A stretch of DNA of 64,000 nucleotides from Paragordius varius (Eukaryota; Animalia; Nematomorpha): contig OZ176050.1 in assembly GCA_964247055.1 (NCBI GenBank), positions 8,804,001-8,868,000 of the forward strand, read 5' to 3'. The notes beneath the pieces were generated by a model. The model ran no database searches. It was not told the origin of the DNA and worked only from the letters and a program-made list of their open reading frames with translations. The translations under genes were made by a program, and so were the position numbers. Of this stretch, positions 1 through 18,510 are shown in pieces (position 1 is the first letter of the stretch; each line of letters starts with the position of its first letter).

Positions 1-244
1 TTTTGCGGCAAATTAATTAGCTGTCTAAAAACTATAATCTCATGAAATTTTTTTTTAAAAATTTACCTACTTTTTTGCACACAGTGTATTAAATAATCGA
101 TGCTCAAACATTAAAAATTTATAAATATAGGTATGATTGGATATTAAAAGTTTTATCTAAATTATTTTCAATAAAAATTTTCGGTTAACTATATGATAAA
201 AATTTAAATTTTTGTTTCGTTAGATTTATAAAATAAGCCAATAC

Positions 245-1649
245 CTGTACGAATCGGAAAAGAGCAAAAATAGCCGTGTTAACAGTCATTGTTTTATAGT
301 AGGTGGCAAGAATGACATAAATTTGCGTGTTGAATGCACTATCAGCGACACCAAATAAAAGTGCCGATATTGGTATAATAATCGCTGTAGCTAAACTAAA
401 TTAATAAAAATAAAAAATTATCAAATGAAAAAGTTATATTTTATTTGATAAAAAATTTTTAAAATTGTAAATTCTTATGTCAGTGAAACATTTTACTTGT
501 TTGATATGTACACTGTTTCAAAGCTTTCATTTATAGGGGAATCTTGAGGCAGGCAAAGATAGATTACAAAATATGCCATACAATTTAGGATAAAACCAAT
601 AAATACAATATTGGATGATCGAGTGAAATGTGGTGTTATTACATTATTATTATAATTGCTGTTCTCATCATTGTTGGTAGTTACCGTAAAAATATCATTT
701 TTGGTCCGTGTACAGAAAAATAATTTGGATTTTATGGCGTGCAATTTCCTCCGCACCGTATTGTTGTTTGATATAAATTCGCTCAAAACGCCAAAATTTA
801 GTGCACCTTTAAGCATATGTTTAAGTATTTTATATAAAATAAAAAATATATATTAAATTTAATAAAAAAATTAAGCAAAAACGATAAAGTTATAATATCA
901 AATACCAATAATTTCTCCGACTCCCAAAGAGATACCGCTGATACCCATCAAGGGTTTAGATAAATTGCCCAATCTGGATGTGTAGCCAACACATGTTATA
1001 AGTACGCCCGTTATAAATGTTAAATTCAACCCTAGAATATTGGGGCAAAAAGTTATATAAAGTAAGAAGAGAATACCATAAAAAAGGGTGCCAAATTTTA
1101 ATACGCCATGATGTAAATTACCTAAAATATTTTTTATATAATAATGTAATCATGATTTAAGCGTATTTCGGAATAAGATTGTTGAATAAGTACTAAAATC
1201 TTACTTTATCGCGAGTTTTTTTGATGTGCTGTGCGATTTTTAGTTTTAGTCATTAGTCTTTCAAGGATTTTGTAAAAAAAGAAGAGTTTCAGGGAAAATA
1301 TTTTGCGTTATATGACATTTATTTTCTTTTATCATATTTTATAATTATTTTTTCAAATTTTGTTTTAATTATATTTCATCATTATTATTTGTTACTAGTT
1401 AATCGATTGAAAAAGAAACTACCAATTCAAATTATTATTTCAACATAAAATATTCTTCCTCGTTTACAATATTAAACTTGAAGAGTTTTTTTCTATAGTT
1501 TAAAGTTTTATTGGACCTAATGTGCAATAAAATAATGTGAAGCTTTTAGCTATCGGATGTTGTTAGATATCTCATTTAAATCATTTATGTATGCTTTGAT
1601 TACCCCCTTTGTTGCAGTGTAATACAAACTACAACTTTGTTTAAATAAA

Positions 1650-1702
<53 letters not shown>

Positions 1703-4700
1703 AGTAAATCCAAATGGCAACACTAATAGCTGAACATTTTTGTCTTTAAGAAGGTTTATGGATGTCCTGAAAGTTTGACGCAATATGTTTTGTGAATTAT
1801 CTTTTTGTGGAACGTAGAGACTTTTTTCGGCATTATTGTTAGACGATTCTTCAGATGGGACATCTCTATCATTGTTCAATAATGGTTCCTAATATGTTTA
1901 ATATAATAAGGAATTCAATAAAAACGATTTTGATTATATGTATAAAAATTTAAATCAAACATCAACAATTTAATATTTTTTTATTAAGTATTTTATTATA
2001 AATTAAACGAAATTTCATACGTATAAATATAAGTCAAAACATATTATTAAACCAGGGTCTAAAAAATAACTCAAATAAACCCTAAGCCCACTTTGAATAA
2101 ACTGAGGGTTAGGATCAAAATCACAGGTTCTGATTTATTAACGCGTAATATTTTACCAATTATAACCAGCCATCTAAAGTATTTTGTTTTTTATATTTAC
2201 TTTTTTTTTTAAATGGAACCACTCGAATACTTAATCCTATATTGAAACTTGCGTGTCCCAAAATGTTTATAAAGAAAAATGACTTTATCTTAAATTTAAA
2301 TGTAGTTGAATTAGATAAGATCCATACAAACGCAAATTCTTAAATCAATGATTTATGAATAATATAAAAATATATTATTTTTATTTGAAATGAAAATATA
2401 TGTATGTTTTTAAAGATATTTAAAATTGTTTGTAAGTAATTTTGATGTAAATACATAGATAATAGATACTTAGTTAACACTTCGATTCAATTGGGGTATC
2501 TAAATACCCCAGACAATATTTAAGTTAATAATTTTAAAAAATTATTGAAAGAAACGGTCCTAATTTAAATTTATGCTATCCTAAATAAAATTATATAAAT
2601 AAACCGAAATTTTTAAATAAAATTCAATTTTACAAAAAAATTTCATCTCAAACTAGTTCAGAGCCAATTTTATTTTGCAACATCTTTGGAAAATATCGTG
2701 TTTATTTAAAACCAGGATCAAAGCTAAATTTTTATTTAAATCACATCTAACATTGATAAAAGTGATTTATTTTGTATTTGTTTTAAATTTAACTAATGCA
2801 CACATGTCATGTTGACAAATTTTTACCTTTAATAAGAAATATTTAGTATTTTTGATGGAACTTTTTTATATATTTTGGTTCATTAATGTTATATAAGTGC
2901 AAATTTTTGCCATGGTTTCAATACACTTCACATTTTTTGAATTATTTCATTTTAACAGGTTTGGGGTATCCAACTACCCCAATTTGAATCGAAGGACTGA
3001 AATAAATGTGTTGTATCCAAGTGTTAATACCCTACATTTAATTAATTTCAGATTACACATTATATATTTTTGAACAAATATATAATAATTGTAGTTTATT
3101 CATCTACGTACTTTTAACAAAAAAAATAATTCCGCAATATTAGTTGAAACCGTTATTGAAACAATTTTATGCTATTTAACTTTAAATACACTTAGAATGA
3201 AAAGAAAACAGTTACGTTTTTTTTAAAAAACACCAAAACAGATTTTAAAATCCAAATAAATATAAAAAGAAACGAAAAAACTGTTAAATAGATTACAATA
3301 TTTGGCTTCCGTTTCAAGCTCAGTATTAAATTTGTGGAATTAAAACCAAAAAATAATTTTCTTTTTTGTTAGTTTTTTACAAAGTGTTATAAATTTTTAA
3401 ATGTTTTCTAATTTATTTAAGGGCATTTAGTGAAGTTAAGTAATTTACGTGTTTACAACTTTGTGGTTATTAATAAATTGCTTAAAATATAAGCTCTCAA
3501 AAAGGTAAAACCATTAATATAAACCGGAACCAATTTTTGGCACATAAATTAATTTGTAAATTTAAAAAATTTGTAAAATGATAAATACCTAATTGTCGTA
3601 TAAAATACTGTGTAACAATGTTATGTGTATTATAAAATTGTAAAAAATAGTATTAAAAATGTATTGGGTGCAACTTTGTCCACAAAAAAATCGTTTAATA
3701 AAATATATCAAACTATACTATTTTTTGACGGTATATTATTTTTCCAATCTTTTAATTAATATATTTATAATAAAACAATAAAATTAAATACCCTTTCTGA
3801 ATTAGAGTCATTTTTGGGTGTTTTGATAAACAAAATGATAGTAAAAAATCCAATTGTGCACAACACAAACAAAATGAGGAAAATGGAAAACGAGGTGTTT
3901 GCGTCAATATGAGTGATGTGTTGGAACTTTAAGAAAACCAATAGGTTACCGATGATGAAACTATATTCATAAAATAAATATAATTCAATTTTTTACTCCC
4001 TAACACCCTTTTTAAAAGGCAAAAAACTTTTGTCACATAAATGATATTAAAGATTAAATATAATACCACCTTTTAAACGAAAATTAACAATATTTATAAC
4101 AAATATAATTAAATTAAGATTTTAATAAATAAATTTGCAAATGACACTACCTAAATAAATTGATTTGTTTTAAAATGAAACAAAAAAATGATAATAGATA
4201 TTATCAAATGCATCGCCGAATTTCATAAACTAAAATTTTTATATGTTCAAAATTATCTAAATATGCTTTATATTTGGCAAATACAGCAAATATTTTTAAT
4301 AACAAAATAATTCTCTGTTAAATGTAAAAATAATAAAAAAATTTCGGTCATGCATATTACATTTAAATACCTAAAATTAATACCTTCCTTGAAACAATGC
4401 CCAAAATATCCCTGTATTTTTGGAAATATTATTGTTATTTGATATCAGAGTAAGGTAGGCTCCTTGTGCGGTCCACAAAACTAATAATTAAATACAATTT
4501 TGAATAAGCACAAAAATTTTTAAGTAAAAACTAAAATTTTAATATATAAATTATTCTAAAAAATTGTCACTAAATAAAATAATTTTTACTTGACGCTCCT
4601 ACGCCCAACAAGAAAGATGTAGCGTAAATCACAAATTTATATGGTTTCAAAAAGGATCCAATAAAAACACTATAAATAAACATAAAACGTGCTTTACTAA

Positions 4701-4998
4701 TAAGTAATTGAACCAATGGCCAAAGATAAAACTGGACCAATAGAATTTACGATTGGTGCAGAAAACCAATTGAATATGGCAAATGAAGCATATATTATGG
4801 ATAAACTATATGTAACAATCATATTTACCTTTTAAAACCGACACCATCAAACGTTTTACCAAAACTCTCCAAAATTATTTCCTAAATAATACATTTATGA
4901 AACAAAACCTGAATCATTTCACATGTCTGGAAAGCGCTAAATATGAATAAAAATGCAATCCCCAGAATATATACAGCAAATTTTGTCAAAAATTCCAT
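245..4998 (-). CDS. MFSD11: UNC93-like MFS transporter MFSD11 (10 exons in window; 3' end beyond left edge)
   Basis: Hand-spliced exons 4998-4909, 4881-4829, 4805-4698, 4669-4590, 4480-4384, 3960-3792, 1888-1702, 1031-906, 806-497, 395-245, all GT-AG and in frame (457 codons). Motifs ILGIAFLFIFSAFQTC, LWTAQGAYLT, NTGIFWALFQ, FTGLNLTFITG, GISGISLGVGEIIG and LFGVADSAFNTQ...IFALFRFVQ match MFSD11/UNC93-family motifs as recalled. Confidence 0.9.
1651..1700. repeat. (AT)n microsatellite starting directly at the donor site of MFSD11 intron 7
   Basis: About 25 TA units abut GGATTTACTG|gtatata on the minus strand. Confidence 0.95.
2478..3002. mobile_element. MITE family A (possibly piggyBac-like; TTAA at left end) in MFSD11 intron 6
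   Basis: Inverted ends cttcgattcaattggggta...tacccc and ggggta...taccccaatttgaatcgaag. A second copy lies at 33995-35868. Confidence 0.75.
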
Positions 4999-5025
4999 TT
5001 GTTATCCATGCCTTGATACGAGCAT

Positions 5026-5537
5026 ATGCGACATGATATGAACCAAAAAATTTTACTATACTATTTTTTAATAGTATTGATCAATGTAAAATTTGGGTTA
5101 TGTATCGATTGTTTTGTGTGTACGTCCTTTAATCATAGCAATATAGAGTGTGAAGATCCATTTAGCACAAATTTTAACGAAGATTATTTGCAAAAAGATT
5201 GTGCCACTGGGAGAAAAAATCGATCAGGCCTATTTCCAGCAACATCATGTGTTAAGTTAACGGGAGTCTTTAGTTAAATATATATGTTAATATTACAGAG
5301 CATAATAAAGCAAATATAATGGTTAGGAGTTGTTCTTTGGATAGTGGTTCTCTCACCCAAGACACTGAATTAGTCCGAAATTCTCACTGTGGTATTATAC
5401 GGTATGATAACCAAACTATGAACGGATGCGTTACTGCTTGCAAAGAAGATGGGTGCAATACAGCTTTTAATGCCAAACTTTCCAAAAATCTTGCATTTAT
5501 AACTTTGTCTCTCATATTTGTATCCAACTTGATATAA
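5026..5537 (+). CDS. Ly6/uPAR three-finger protein, quiver/sleepless-like, predicted secreted and GPI-anchored (2 exons, ~161 aa)
   Basis: Exons 5026-5272 and 5299-5537 joined over a 26-nt intron. Signal peptide, CxxC start (CFVC), Cys-rich core, C-terminal CN motif (GCN) and a hydrophobic GPI-type tail. GRKNRSGLFPATSCVK and VRSCSLDSG resemble a conserved protostome Ly6 subfamily. The start may instead be the in-frame ATG at 5038. Confidence 0.85.
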
Positions 5538-5549
5538 ATTAATTATAAA

Positions 5550-6311
5550 TTATGCTATATTGTTTTTAATCAAATCTAATATCGAGTTTAAAGTTGGTTC
5601 AGAACTAACTAAGGTATTGGCTGAAGGAGCAATACTTTTAATGTAATTATAGGTTGTAGGACCAATCGTTACAAATGTTACATACGGGCTATCTATGAGG
5701 CTTTCCCAAATATTTTTAGAGTACATACAGCAACTCGGGCTAAAAAATACCAAAAAGTTTTTGACATTCGGTCGTATTTTGGAACTATCAAAAGTTGTCA
5801 ATCTTTTGTGTGAAATTGTTTTATAAGCAACAATAGATTTAATCAATATATTGGCATTAAAAAATATATTTAGCGGAGTATCAATAGCCTTATCACTTTT
5901 TAAGTACAATAAAGGCACATTAAACTTAATTTTACCTAAATATTATTAATAAAGGCAACTTGATATGATTTTTTTGAATAGTTCTTGAGAATTATTCCCC
6001 TCTACAGCAATGTTATGATTAAGAAGTTGTTTAACAAGTTTCGCTGTTTTAGGAGCTATAGAATAAATTTGGCAGGTATGTGGTATGATGGATGAAGTTC
6101 TTTCTAAACTCTTACAAAGGGCTGTCAAGCATCTTGGGCTCGTGATTATAATACCCTGATATTCATGAATATTAAGTAAAGCATAGTCAATTTGTTCATC
6201 GTTAATATATTCAAAATCAATTGTTGGTACAATTTCTATACAAAATGGAGTGTCTGGTAAATCATTTTGGTTTATATCATTATCGGATTTGAAAATAAAT
6301 ATATTTACCAT
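5550..6311 (-). CDS. UROS: Uroporphyrinogen-III synthase (HemD family), 2 exons, ~245 aa
   Basis: Exons 6311-5960 and 5935-5550 joined over a 24-nt intron. Motifs IVPTIDFEY, YQGIIITSPR, IAPKTA, GNNSQEL, VFFSPS and TIGPTT match UROS. True ATG is at 6311 (the ORF track starts at a GTG). Confidence 0.88.
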
Positions 6312-6350
6312 TCGGTACACAAATTTTGTTTTGGTTTACATATGATAAAC

Positions 6351-11985
<5,635 letters not shown>

Positions 11986-12039
11986 TACTATTACATTCTT
12001 AGCTTTCGTCTCTTTATCAAATCTATACACTAAAAATTG

Positions 12040-12270
12040 AAATTATACAGACAAAATGTAAAAACTAACATAGCAATATTTTTAAAACCTTAATTTTTCC
12101 TTAATTTACTAATAACAATATTAATTAATAATAATTAAGGCTATTATCAATTTACATCTCTCCGTATTTAGCACCCTAATGCGTTTATTTTAATAAGTTA
12201 AGTTTAATATGATTATCTTTACACAAAATTTATTTGTCTTTTAGGCTTCACGTTTTGTCCGTATAATTTC
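12040..12270. mobile_element. ~230-bp MITE family D (GAAATTATACGGACAAAA TIRs); partial copies near 27665 and 33696
   Basis: Inverted arms aaattatacagacaaaatgt / acgttttgtccgtataatttc. The central caatttacatctct motif is shared with the partial copies. Confidence 0.65.
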
Positions 12271-14163
12271 CATTTTTATTGTATTTTAGCTGTCAATTGT
12301 GTAATTTATAAGCTTTTTTGTACTCATCAAAAATATATCTTTATTTCTTATATTATTATGATTCGCATCTTTATTAACAACTGTGTTATGAAGCAATCGC
12401 CGACATATTTGTTTAGTTGCTAATATATTTACACTTATAGTATATTTTTGACAACAAATATATATATATCTATTATTTTTTTGTTCCACTTTAAAATAAA
12501 TTTTGGTCGCGTACGTATAATATAAAATATATAGTAAAAGGTCGTCTTTATGATAGTCCGAAATAGAAGTTAAATTGTTAATTTTATGCGTCGTAATATT
12601 AAGTGTAAAAGTTATGCTTACAATTAAAAATAATCTCTTTGTGCCATTATAACTTTTGCATAAATTTTCATGCTTGAACAAACAAAGAAAGAAAGATACC
12701 GCAATGAAGTGTTTTGATGACAATTTTAATATCTCTCTCTCTTACATTCTTAGGATTACAACAATATTAGCTGTTTAATATTCCTTTCAATATAAAGATT
12801 TTTTTGATTGAAATTTTAATCTTCACAAATCCAAGATTACTTTCTGATAATATTCGTAAAGTTTTTTGGCTTTTAAAGTATCGGCCCCTTTGCCACAAAG
12901 AAACATTTTGTTAAATTATTCCAAAATAACAAATGATAATTTTTTTTGATATATCTCATCATGTAAAAATATAAAACAGATATATTTATATTGTGTGTGG
13001 CATTGATAGATATATTTTTATTTTATCAAAAGTTTGGTAAACTATTGATAATAATCAATCAAAAGAATCGAGACAAAGAGGACACTTGAGTTTTGGTTTT
13101 TATCGCAAAAAATGTTTATTATATCAAACAATTTAATAGATTTTAATAAAATATGCACATTTTAAAACAAATTTATATTTCTTTGTGCCATACTAATCGG
13201 TATCTTCATAACCTTTTGAGGTAGTGTTATACGCCAGAGCCATTTGAAACAAATATCTTAAAAACAAATTAAAATACTAGAACAAATTTAAAAATATGTT
13301 GTCTTTAGCCTTTTAGACGCATGATTAAAAATTTTTTGAAAAACGCGAATTAGTAAAAATATATTCATCTCAAATTTTACCGCAATTTTTTCGATTTTAT
13401 TGAATGGCTAATGCAACAGGCATATGAATGTAATCATGGTCAAAAAATGAAAATAACAACTTTAAAAAAAATTCAATACAATTTATCAGCTAACTTTTAT
13501 TGAATAAAAATTAGCTGTTTCTTTAAATCGTGTTTTGGAACTATTCGGATAAAAATGTGGAAAATATAAGATTTTTTTATTATAGTGGAACAGGGTTTGA
13601 TAATTGAATTATAATCAAATTTCATATATAGGGCTGGGATAGAAAACTAGCCCAAAATGTAATGATCTACAAAAAATGAAAAGCAAAAGAAGTGTAAGTA
13701 ACTTGAGTATTTTAAAAATCAGTCAGAAAAGTACCATGACATTCTTCTAAAAGTTAGACAAATATATTCAATCAAATGATTACATTAAGAATATTATACC
13801 ACATCCTACCATTAATATATGAAAAAAAGGCACTTTCCAATTTTAATTATATATTTGTAATTTTAATTTTTGTGTAAAGATTAATTGATTTTAAATAATA
13901 TTAATTTACTAACCGAGAAAAATTTAAATGTCTGCGAGCAATAAAATGTTTTTTACTATTATAGAAATTTCAGACTATTTTGTTAGAAGCGAAAATATAT
14001 ATATATATATTGCTTTAAGATTTTTTAAATAATGCCCCTTTAAGGCCATAGAATCCATAAGTATAAATTTGGCCCAATGTCCTAGTTACGTTTTTACGTA
14101 TGTATTGTATATGATTTCTTTTAATCAAAGAACCCCAAATAATAATCAAGTCTTAATCTATAA

Positions 14164-14228
14164 ATAAGCCTTCTATCTAAAATACACATCCACAAAAAAT
14201 AAGCCTTCTATCTAATAACATCCACAAT
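14164..14228. repeat. Tandem duplication of a ~35-bp unit
   Basis: aataagccttctatctaa..acatccacaa occurs twice in tandem. Confidence 0.8.
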
Positions 14229-14244
14229 TCTGATAAGAAATATA

Positions 14245-15309
14245 TCAAGATTATAATGGTGCTTTTGGTTTTGGCCGTTACGAGTGATTAAAGAAAACTT
14301 ACACTTTTGTGGTAAGTGCTCCATATCAAAAAATGGCAAAATTTGATCATATTTTTTAATAAAATTTTCTTCGTGAAAGCTTGAGGCTTCATTCCAAAAA
14401 ATATCACTAAATTATAAACTTCATTTAAAAAGCAAAATATTATTAAAAAATAATTTTATAGATGTGGGCTCTGAAAGTGCTAAATTTTTTTGCTTAAAAT
14501 AGGCTTTTTCTCAATAAACGCAAAAATTCCGTGGTTGCGGGAAATATATGCTAAATTTTATAATATATAATAAATATATTTTTTAATAAAAGGATGCTTT
14601 TTTCGAAAATTAATTTTTAGCGAAAATTTGTTGAAGCGTACTTCATAATTTTTTTAGGCTTAATGGCATAAAGCGCTTTTAGATATTATAAAAACACTTT
14701 TTCTGTATAATTCGATGATGCTGATTTCTATTTGGTCAGAATTTTGATTTAAAGGTTCGTTTTGGTCAATTTTTGTAAATAAACCCAATAATATATACAT
14801 AAATTTGAAGATGAACGAATATTATAATCAAAATTCTGAGTGATAGAAATATTTAGCATCATTGAGATATATACAAAAAGTGTTTTTATGTTATTTTAGA
14901 GCCTATTTATACCGTTTTCATCATACCCTCAAAAAATTTGAAATACGTTTCACCAAAATTTTATTAAAAATTAAATTTTGGAAAAAAGTGTGCATTTGTT
15001 AAAAAATAAATTTATTTGATATCATAAAGTTTAGCATATAATTAATATTTTTATCCGGCAATCCCGGCATTTTTGAGTTTATTTAACAAGACTAGCGCCT
15101 TTTAGAAAACAAAAAATTTTAAACTTTTGGAGCCCACATCTAAAATCAAAATTTTTGAAAATTTGGAATGAAGCCTGGAGCTTTAACCAAAAAAAATTAT
15201 TGTGCACAACTTTTGCCATTTTCTGGTATGGAGAGGGCATACCACAGAAGTGTAAATAACTTTTTTACATCATTCGTAAATGCCAACAAAAGCACCATGA
15301 TAATCCTGA
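14245..15309. mobile_element. ~1.06-kb non-autonomous DNA transposon with long (~200 bp) TIRs, TA-flanked
   Basis: TA|tcaagattataatggtgctttt...aaaagcaccatgataatcctga|TA. Inverted similarity continues to the agatgtgggctc motif. A second copy lies at 59700-60755. Confidence 0.8.
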
Positions 15310-18174
15310 TACATTTTCCTATCAAAATATATATATTTTATCAGGTTATTTTTTCTACCCCCAATTTATATTTGTAAAAGCAATTATTACATAAAGATTT
15401 ATTGGTTTAGAATTAGGTATTTTTATTAGTTAACTGAGAAAAAAATTAACGTATGTCAGCAGGGATAATATTTTTCCTTTTTCCCCACTAAAATCCAGAC
15501 ATTTTGGACAAATTTTGCAAGAAACAAAAAATTATACTTGTGCCAACATTCATTTACATTTTTTCTGTCACCAATTGGAAGAATTTAAAACCTATAATGT
15601 GGTTTATTATATAACCAACAAATTTTAAATTTATAAACTGCTATGCCAAGCCAGTTTAATTTTATTTCGTGCAGTGCTAAGGCTTACCATAATTGGTGTA
15701 AAATACTTTTATAATGGAAATCTTACATTATATGGCTAAGTGGCTGAATTTGTTTTCCTTTCTAAAATCTGGTATTTCGTTTTTAAATCCTTAGTTAACA
15801 AAATTTATAAAACATTAATAATCGATTTTTTTACAAAGTTGGCTTTATTTAAAATTATAAAACCAAAATTTACAATTACTTTGAATTGGAAAAATGGAAA
15901 AAAATTCATAAATTATTAATTGACTATTATTAATTATTTATTTTATTAATTTTTGCATATTTAATTAGATATTATAATTTGTTGCGTTTACTCCATAAAC
16001 CACTTTAGGATATTAATTTTTTTTGTTAAAATACGCAAAATATTTATTAACTGATCATATATATATAATGTATTTCAAAAATAAAACAATTATATTAGCA
16101 TAGAGAGTGTTTATCTATACTTATTGTTTTTGTCATGTTTATAGCTCTAAATTTAAACAATTGGATAAATTAATTATTTTCCATTTCATTTTATTTTTAA
16201 CTTGGTGACTGTATTAATAATTGTATAGATAACAAAATAAAACATTTTAGATTAACCATACCATAAATAATTTATAAAGAGTGAAAGGGAAAAATCTTAT
16301 TTTTGCTTTTTTGGCTATGGAATTGGTTATCAATCTATATCAAAAATTATAAAATCTATCTTTCTGTATTAATAGTGCCAATCCAAAGATTATTAATTAG
16401 CGCTGAGAGCCAACAAGTAATTAAATTGCAGATATAAAAATTTTTTAGGACATGTTCTAAAACTTTTACAAACTGTCTTGTCTATATTAAGCCCTTTAAA
16501 GATGGGAAAAAATGTTTTGTAAAAGTTGTGGCAAACATAATATCTTTATGGTAATTTTAAACAGCATATATTAAGTCATGTACTTGATTTAGAGTAAAAA
16601 ATGATGCTATGAAAAACAAATTTGGCAAATCAATCACTAACAAATGAATTTGACATAAAATACTCTATTAAAGAAAAAGTCTGTCTTGTTATGACATATC
16701 GTCTAAAAAAGATTATTAAGATAAATGATCTTGATGAAGGCACACACATTCAATGATAATACAAATGAATATTTACGCCCGTAGGAAAAAGAACCAACTT
16801 TTGCAAAAAAAATTCTAATAGCCGACCCATTAATGTTGCATTAACTAAGAGAAGTTCATATCTTACATTAAAGTGTATCGCGGCATATTTGCTTTAACAG
16901 AAAGGAAACCTATAAAATATCAATGTAGCGTTTATAAATCTAAATTGATTTACGTTGTGTTTTATATTGAGAAATAATCGGTCCCTATCAGCATTTAGTG
17001 GTAAAAATCGGGGGCTGCTTTCCAAAAAAAACCTTGTTGATTAGTGACGACTAAGTTTCTCTAACAAGACAATATATTAATATGTCGCACAACTTAAAAT
17101 AAAATGCTTCAATCTGATCGATCATTTGACTAAAAATTACGTAATGAATAATTACTTTACTATTAATAACATGTTATGTGATAAGGTAAAAGCATGACGA
17201 CATAATGGTATACAAACCCTTTCTGAACACAGGATTACATCAATATTTATGAGTATTGAAACGTTACAACAAACATTTTTGGAAAATAGAGAAAGAACTC
17301 TCATTTGATTGATGATTTTTTTAATTACCTTTACTGTTTTATTCATTATTTATTTATGATTTATTTATTAAAAACAACGTAACATTTTCATCGAAAAATA
17401 TTATTTTGGATCCATCTATGCCAAGTAGAAAAATAGTTTGGCATCGTTAACTTGTATGATTATTGTAAAAAATCAAGAGTTTTATAATTCATTTGAGTAA
17501 ATGATGATGAATATTTTTCGAATGCTATTACGTTTATTCATATTTTGTATAAATAATCAATCCACTTCTAATCAGAAAGAACCATAGACCAAAATTCAAA
17601 TGGCAATGTCATATTTATGATAGATTTGAAACATTACTAATTAATGAGGTCTTTATATTTTTGGACAATAATTGCAAATGAAAATCCTATTTTTTGTCAC
17701 AAGTTACGTTTAGTGTTTGAAACCTAATATATCTGTAAGATTTGAATAATAATTTAATTACCTTTTCCACTTACATCTTATTTATTAAATTTAATCCGAA
17801 CGTTAAAATATATCCCCGTTTATCAGCTCATAATTGATGAAAGGATTCTTTGTAAAGAAGGATTATAATTTTTTCAATGATTCACCAAGAAGTGTGAAAA
17901 TTTAATTATTTTTTGCTACAAAATCATAAATAGATTTTTTAGCTCTCAGGATTGTTAACTCTCCACCTGAACTTCACTTTTTTAAATTTAATAAGCTAAC
18001 TCTGATAATTAAATTGATATTAAATTTTAAACGCTAAAAATTGGATAGTTTACCTAGATTATCCATGGATAGTCGCTGATAAGTTTCCAAATTTTTCTAA
18101 AAATATAAAATAAAAAATGTATAGATGAGAACTTACAAAACAATACAATACTTAGATTTACAGTTACCAAAAAA

Positions 18175-18510
18175 GATTAACACCCCATTACCTTCTGGGG
18201 TAGTTTTATATCCCAGAGCGATTTGAAATTTGATTATCTTAAAGTATATAAGATATTAAGCCGAATTTAAAAATTTGCCTTTGTTAGCCTTTTAGGCGCA
18301 TACAAAAATTTATTAAACTTTTTTGCCGCCATTTTTTTCCATAAATTTATTTAAATATCTAGTGCTACAGTAAATATATATTATGGTTTAAAAATGAAGA
18401 TAATAACTTTCAAAAGCTTTCGGGCTTACATTTTACCAGCAAAAACTTGATAATGTGATTTGACAATCAGCTGTTTGTTTCAATCGTTTTATTATATCTG
18501 GACTTTTTGT
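18175..18510 (+). repeat. Dispersed repeat family E (other copies ~13200-13550 and ~28070-28390)
   Basis: Shared blocks caccccat.acctt, agcgatttgaaa, gccgaatttaaaaa, ttttaggcgca, tacattttaccagc and atcagctg. Confidence 0.7.

Noticed and set aside
12286-12723. 145-aa minus-strand ORF
   Set aside because: It starts at TTG, has the Ile/Lys/Asn/Tyr composition expected of random AT-rich DNA, shows no recognisable motif, and ends at a MITE.
17200-17310. NTGLHQ-like RT remnant
   Set aside because: Only six residues match and the flanking frames are broken; too weak to call.
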